From contig NW_024055491.1 in NCBI RefSeq assembly GCF_902713615.1, forward strand, positions 186,001-250,000: a stretch of 64,000 nt of DNA. Reading direction: 5' to 3'. Numbering within the stretch: position 1 is the first letter of the stretch; each line of letters starts with the position of its first letter. The position numbers and the translations under genes were made by a program. This document shows, one piece after another, positions 59,894 to 64,000 of this stretch. The stretch is from Scyliorhinus canicula (lineage: Eukaryota). Under the pieces are notes generated by a model. That model saw nothing but the letters and a program-made list of their open reading frames with translations. It made no database searches and was not told where the DNA came from.

Positions 59894-60689
59894 GATTTTT
59901 TGATCCCCCTCCAAATGTGATTGAACGACACAGCGTTTTATTAATAGTGCATCCGCTTTCCTGGTGTCAGACATCTTCAATTAGACTCAGATTTGTACAG
60001 ATCTCGGACCCATGTTCAGTGCAGGGAATGACACAGTGGCGTAATGTTTAGAACTGCTGCCTCACGGTCCCGAGGAGCCTGTTCTATCCCACCTCGGGTT
60101 ACTATTATGTCGAGTTGCTCATTCTCCCCGTATCTGTGTGGGTCTCACCCCCACAGCCCAAAGATATACGAGCCGTTAGATTGGAACATAAACAAGTGGG
60201 TACATGAAAAAAATAGAAATCACCTGGTGTACAGACAGAGTCAAACTAATTCATAACAGGATTGCGCAAAGTATATTTATTGATGGGAAATCGGACAAGT
60301 TCCCATTTTAGGCGCGAGTGGCACGGTGGCGTAGTGGTGCAGTGGTTAGCACTGCTGCCTGCAATGATGAAGACCAGGTTTCAAATCCCGTCTCTGTCCA
60401 TGTGGAGTTTTCACATTCTCTCCGTGTCTGCGTGGGTTTCGCCCCCACAACTCCAACGTTTACAAGATAGATGGATTTGCCAAGCTAAATTGCCCCTTAA
60501 TTGGGAAAAAAGTTGGGTGTTCTAAGCTTATTTAAAAAAAAATCCCATTTCAGATAAACACATCACATTTAGATTTCCGTATTCCTCCTACTCTCATTGT
60601 CTATCTCTTTATAATTGATGGCAGTTTCAAATTGTTGCATCACACCCACTGGAATTGAATTGAGGATCAAACAGAAACATGGACCAGCA

Positions 60690-61945
60690 ATCCACCGTCA
60701 AAGAGAGGGGAAAGGTTAATGCACTGCTCCCCACTTTTCCAACAAAGAGAGGGGGAGGGACATTACCTAATCCGTAGTAACCCGCTTGCCTCACAAATAG
60801 AAGGGGAGGGGCAATAGTTAATGCACTAACCTCACTTCCATCCACTGTACCCGCGCTTCCCCAACAAAGAGATGGGGAGGGGTATTACTTTATGCATTGT
60901 AACCACATTTCCCCAAGAAAGATGTTGGGCATTAGTTAATCGACGGTCCCCCCCATTCACCCAACAAATACAGGGAGGAGGAACATTAGCTAATCCACTG
61001 TACCCGCGCTTCCCCAACAAAGAGCTGGGGAGGGCCTTTAGTTAACCCATTGACCCGCCATTACCCCGACAAAGAGACGGGCAGGATAACTAGACAATCC
61101 ATTGTGCCCCCTTCCCCAAAAAAGATTGGGGAAGGGGATTATTTAACCAAATGTAGCCCACTTCCCCAGAAGTGCGTGGGAGGGGCATTTTTAGTTGTGC
61201 TTTACCCCACGTCGCCAGCAATGAGCTGGGGATTAGCATTAGTTAATCCACTGTAACCCCACTTTCCCAACATAGAGAAGCGAGGGATATTAGTGAATCC
61301 ACTTACCCCCACTGTACCCCAACAAAGGGAGGATGAGGGACTCTAGTTAACCCACTGTAATTCCATTTCCACAAAATATATCGGTGAAGGCCATTAGCTT
61401 TGCACTGTATCTCCGCTTCCACAACAAAGAAATTGGAGGGTAAATGCTTAAACCACTGTACCACAACTTCCTCAACAGAGCTCGAGGAGGGGCACTAGTT
61501 CATTCACTGTATTTAATGTAGTTAATTCCTCAACAAATTGAGGGGGAGGGCGTTAGAGAAGCCAGTGATCCGCCATATCCCCTACAAAGAAAGGGGGATA
61601 GGCATTACTTAATCTATAGTACCCGCACACCACAACAAAGAGAGGTGGAGGGGCAATAGTTAATCCACTATACTTCCCCAACTAAGAGAACCGGAGGGAA
61701 ATTTGTTAATCTACTCGACCGCCACTCCCCAACAACGAGATAGGGAAGGGCATTTGTTAATCTACCATACGCACACTTCACCAATACAGAGAGTGGAGGG
61801 GCATTAGTTAATCCACTGTATCCCCATTTCCCCAAAAAAGAGCGTGGGAGGGCATAAATTAATCCACTGTACCCCACTTCCCCAACAGAGGGAGGGGAGG
61901 GGTATTAGTTAATCCATCGTACACCACTTCTCCAACAGTGAAAAC
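60690..61945 (+). repeat. Degenerate ~50-55 bp minisatellite (roughly 20-25 units)
   Basis: Recurring CCCCAACAAAGAGA..GGGGAGGG.CATTAGTTAATCCACTGTACCC. Confidence 0.85.
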
Positions 61946-62479
61946 TGAAGAGCAAAGCCTGAAACTATTTTGCTGAACGTCACCAAGAAAGAGAGGAGAA
62001 AGTGCATTTGGCAGCTGATTGTATGGCCATCTCCTCAAAGCCGCGAATCGAAAAGGAAACTGCTGAACCCAGCAGGGAGAAAGAAACAATGAACTCACAG
62101 GTTATTTACCGCAGGTTTCAGTGCTGGGACCCCCAGCTGTTCACAATACATAGAACATACAGTGCAGAAGGAGACTATTTTGGCCATCGAGTCTGCACCG
62201 ACCCACTTAAACCCTCACGTCTTCCCTGTCCCGTAGCCTAATAATCCCTCCTAACGTTTTTGTTGACTAAGGGCAATATAGAATGGTCAATCCGCCTTTG
62301 GACTGTGGGAGGAAACCGGAGTACCCGGAGGAAACCTAAGCAGACATGGGGAAAACCAGCAGACTCTGCACAGACAGTGACCCAGCGGGGTATCGAACCT
62401 GGGACCACGGTGCGATCCACTTGTGCTACCACGCTGCCCAATATTCATTAATTGTTTTGACGAAGGAATTGCAGGCAAT

Positions 62480-63460
62480 ACTTCAAGATTTGCAAAAGAT
62501 ACTAAGTTTGCTGGCAGTGTGTGCTGTGAGTAGGATACAAAGAGGCTTCAGGGTTACTTGGACAGGCTGGCTGAGTGAGAAACCACTTGGCAAATGTAAT
62601 ATAATGTGATTGAATGTAAGGTTATCCGCTTTGATGGAAAAAACAGAAAGACAAATTATTATCTGAATTGTGGCAGTTTAGGAAAAGTAGAATTGCAACG
62701 AGACCTGGGTGTCATGGTGGAATGGTCGTCTAAGATTGTTGCGCGGGTACAGCAGGTGAGGAAAGTTAATGGCAAGCTAGCCTTCATAGCGAGAGGATTT
62801 GTGTATGGGAGTTGGAATGTATTGCTGCAGTTATACAGGACTTGGTGAAACCACACCTTGAACATTGTGTGCAGTTTTGGTCCAGTTTGAGGTAGGAAAT
62901 TCTTGCTACTGACGGTGTCCAGCGAAGGTTCACCAGAGTAATCACCGGGGTGGGAGGACTGACATATGAAGAAAGACATGATCAACTGGGTTTGTACTCG
63001 CTGGAGGTTAGAAGAATGAGAGGGAATGTCAAAGAAACATATAATATCCTGATGGGACTGGACTGGCTAGATGCGTGAAGAAAGTTCCCAATGTTGGGGA
63101 CGTCCAGAAATAGGGGTCGCAGCCTAAGAATAAGCAGGACGCCATTCAGGGTTGAGGTGAGGAAGAACGGTGGATTATCCACCCTGCCGTGCCACATTTC
63201 TGTTTCACCCCGCCGGCCGGATGCTCTGTTACGCCGGCTGGTCAATGGGGTTTTCCATTGTGGTGCTGTCCTACGCCGTCGGGAACCCCCCCCCCCCCCC
63301 CCCCCCAAGCTGCCAGCAAAACGGAGCATCCGTCCGACAGAGAATCCAGCTTCTCTCAGAAAGTTCTGAACTTGTGGAATTCTCTACCACAGAAAGCTGT
63401 TGGGGCCAGTTCCTTGGATATATTCAAGAAGGAGCTGGACGTGGCCTTTGCGACTAAAGG
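62480..63460 (+). mobile_element. Degenerate CR1 3' fragment with an internal insertion
   Basis: ..LQRDLGVMV..NGKLAFIARG..LLQLYRTW.. and TTGTGGAATTCTCTACCACAGAAAGCTG, matching the CR1 3' region. Confidence 0.7.
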
Positions 63461-63659
63461 GATTATAATGATATTCACTGTCCCAAGCTGGCTTACATTA
63501 ACACTGCAATGAAGTTGCTGTGAAAAGCCCCTAGTCGCTACATTCCTGTTTGGGTACACAGAGGGAGAATTCAGAATGTCCAAATTAACTAACAAGCAAG
63601 TCTTTCGGGACTTGCGGGAGCAAACTGGGGGCCCCGGAGGAAACCCATGCACACACGGG

Positions 63660-64000
63660 GAGAACATAGAACATTACAGCGCAGTCCAGGTCCTTCGGCC
63701 CTCGATGTTGCGCCGAGCTGTGAAACCCCTCTAAAGTCCCTCTACACTATTCCCTTATCGTCCATATGCCCATCCAATGACCATTTGAATGCGTTTAGTG
63801 TTGGTGAGTCCACTGCTGTTGCAGGCATGGCATTCCATGCCCTTACTACTCTGAGTAATGAACCTACCTCTGACATCCGTCCTATATCTATCTACCCTCA
63901 ATTTAAAGCTATGACACCTCGTGCTGGACATCACCATCCGAGGAAAAAGGCTCTTGATGTCCACCCTATCTAATCCTCTGATCATCTTGTATGCCTCAAT
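63660..64000 (-). mobile_element. CR1 3' end (continues beyond the window)
   Basis: [23 protein letters not shown]; near-identical to 53280-53620. Confidence 0.85.

Noticed and set aside
59830-64000. IgM transmembrane exons
   Set aside because: No hydrophobic CART-motif exon was recognised; the region is SINE, minisatellite and CR1. The exons may lie beyond the window.

Overview
Cartilaginous-fish (shark; the SINE/LINE content looks catshark-like) antigen-receptor region, in three blocks. (1) 5.7-30.7 kb: T-cell receptor alpha/delta-type V segments. Three are intact (split leader, V exon, 23-class RSS) and at least five are pseudogenes, in both orientations. (2) 14.2-34.7 kb, overlapping the V cluster: a tRNA-gene region. 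It contains a ~2.4-2.9 kb tandem unit (intron-containing tRNA-Pro(TGG), degenerate intron-containing Pro(AGG), tRNA-Val(CAC)) repeated about 4.3 times, plus Arg, Val, Asn and Thr genes or pseudogenes in inverted duplications. (3) 41.5-59.8 kb: an IgM heavy-chain gene whose V-D-J is already joined in frame with no RSS, followed by Cmu1-Cmu4 and a frameshifted secretory tailpiece that has lost its cysteine. No transmembrane exon and no TCR D/J/C were found. The rest is CR1, L1/Tx1, Rex1-like and Penelope retroelement fragments, tRNA-derived SINEs and minisatellites. All calls come from reading the sequence by eye; no database search was run, and repeat boundaries are approximate.
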